The notes beneath the pieces were generated by a model that had not been told where the DNA came from, searched no databases, and saw nothing but the letters and a program-made list of their open reading frames with translations. A stretch of DNA of 64,000 nucleotides from Podarcis gaigeae. Taxonomy: Eukaryota. Below are positions 63,409 to 64,000 of the stretch, in pieces (the first letter of the stretch is position 1; every line of letters begins with the position of its first letter). Position numbers and translations under genes: made by a program. Where the stretch lies: assembly GCA_964106915.2 (NCBI GenBank), contig OZ066919.1; one strand, 5' to 3'.

Positions 63409-64000
63409 TATTCCGAAGAGATTCAACTGGAGCAATAGACTGCAGGAGCAGCAATCTGACCTGAAAACGATCTGTTTGTCAATACTGCAGACATAAGCAG
63501 GAAGACACAAAGAGCACTGCAGATATTTGCCTTGTCGTGCCCTCCATCTGCAACCACTGCTGAATAGGACTGTCTAAAGCCCCAGACACCCTGTGTGCGG
63601 CTTGATTTCCAGGGCTGCCAAACACATGCATTTGTTTTGAACTTCTGCATACTAAATACCTGTGAAAGCCACACCCCTACTCTGAGATCCTTCCAAATAT
63701 TTTGAAACTTCACGGTGAATCCTATGCCCCCCACACCCACATCCTTGTGCTTTGCATCCACCACTCTGATGGAAAAGAACTGCCAGCCCCAGACTGCATA
63801 TTCACAACCCTCTCTTCACCCACAAGCATGCACTGCACAAGGGAGGAACAAGCCCTGACACTGGACTCCTCAGCCTCTGTAGGTGTGAGTTCAACCAGAA
63901 GATTAAAGGAGTAAGTGATCCTGCTAAGTGATCTTGAGTAATTGCTCCCAGACAGGAAGAGAGGATTGAAGCAATGACCTTCCAAATCCCAAACCACTGC

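Noticed and set aside
1-64000. A novel multi-gene biological system
   Set aside because: All credible coding sequence is explained by TEAD3, SMPD2, MICAL1 and transposon remnants; the remaining leads are isoform-, regulatory- or repeat-level hypotheses.

Overview
Vertebrate genomic DNA, almost certainly from a squamate reptile. Sauria SINEs, RTE-BovB, CR1/L2 fragments and reptile-type MITEs are present; a lacertid lizard is the best guess. Three intron-containing genes could be assembled by hand. (1) The 3' part of TEAD3 (+ strand): 6 coding exons in 1-5967 encoding the YAP-binding domain, followed by a long 3'UTR. (2) A complete SMPD2/neutral sphingomyelinase 1 (+ strand): CpG-island promoter at ~13.65-14.5 kb and 10 coding exons in 18141-26378, 409 aa. 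(3) The complete coding region of MICAL1 (- strand): 23 coding exons from 57291 to 29282, ~1181 aa, with FAD monooxygenase, CH, LIM and bMERB/coiled-coil domains, tail-to-tail with SMPD2. Most other ORFs in the supplied track are intronic noise or transposon remnants. I found no convincing novel multi-gene system. The best leads are: a GC-AG intron right after the MICAL1 monooxygenase domain that contains an in-frame candidate terminal exon with a poly(A) signal (possible catalytic-only isoform); apparent absence of the PPKPP CasL-binding motif in an expanded MICAL1 linker; non-mammalian TEAD3-SMPD2-MICAL1 synteny; a Penelope-like remnant folded back at its presumed hammerhead stem II; and a MITE family carrying ZNF143/THAP11-like motifs.
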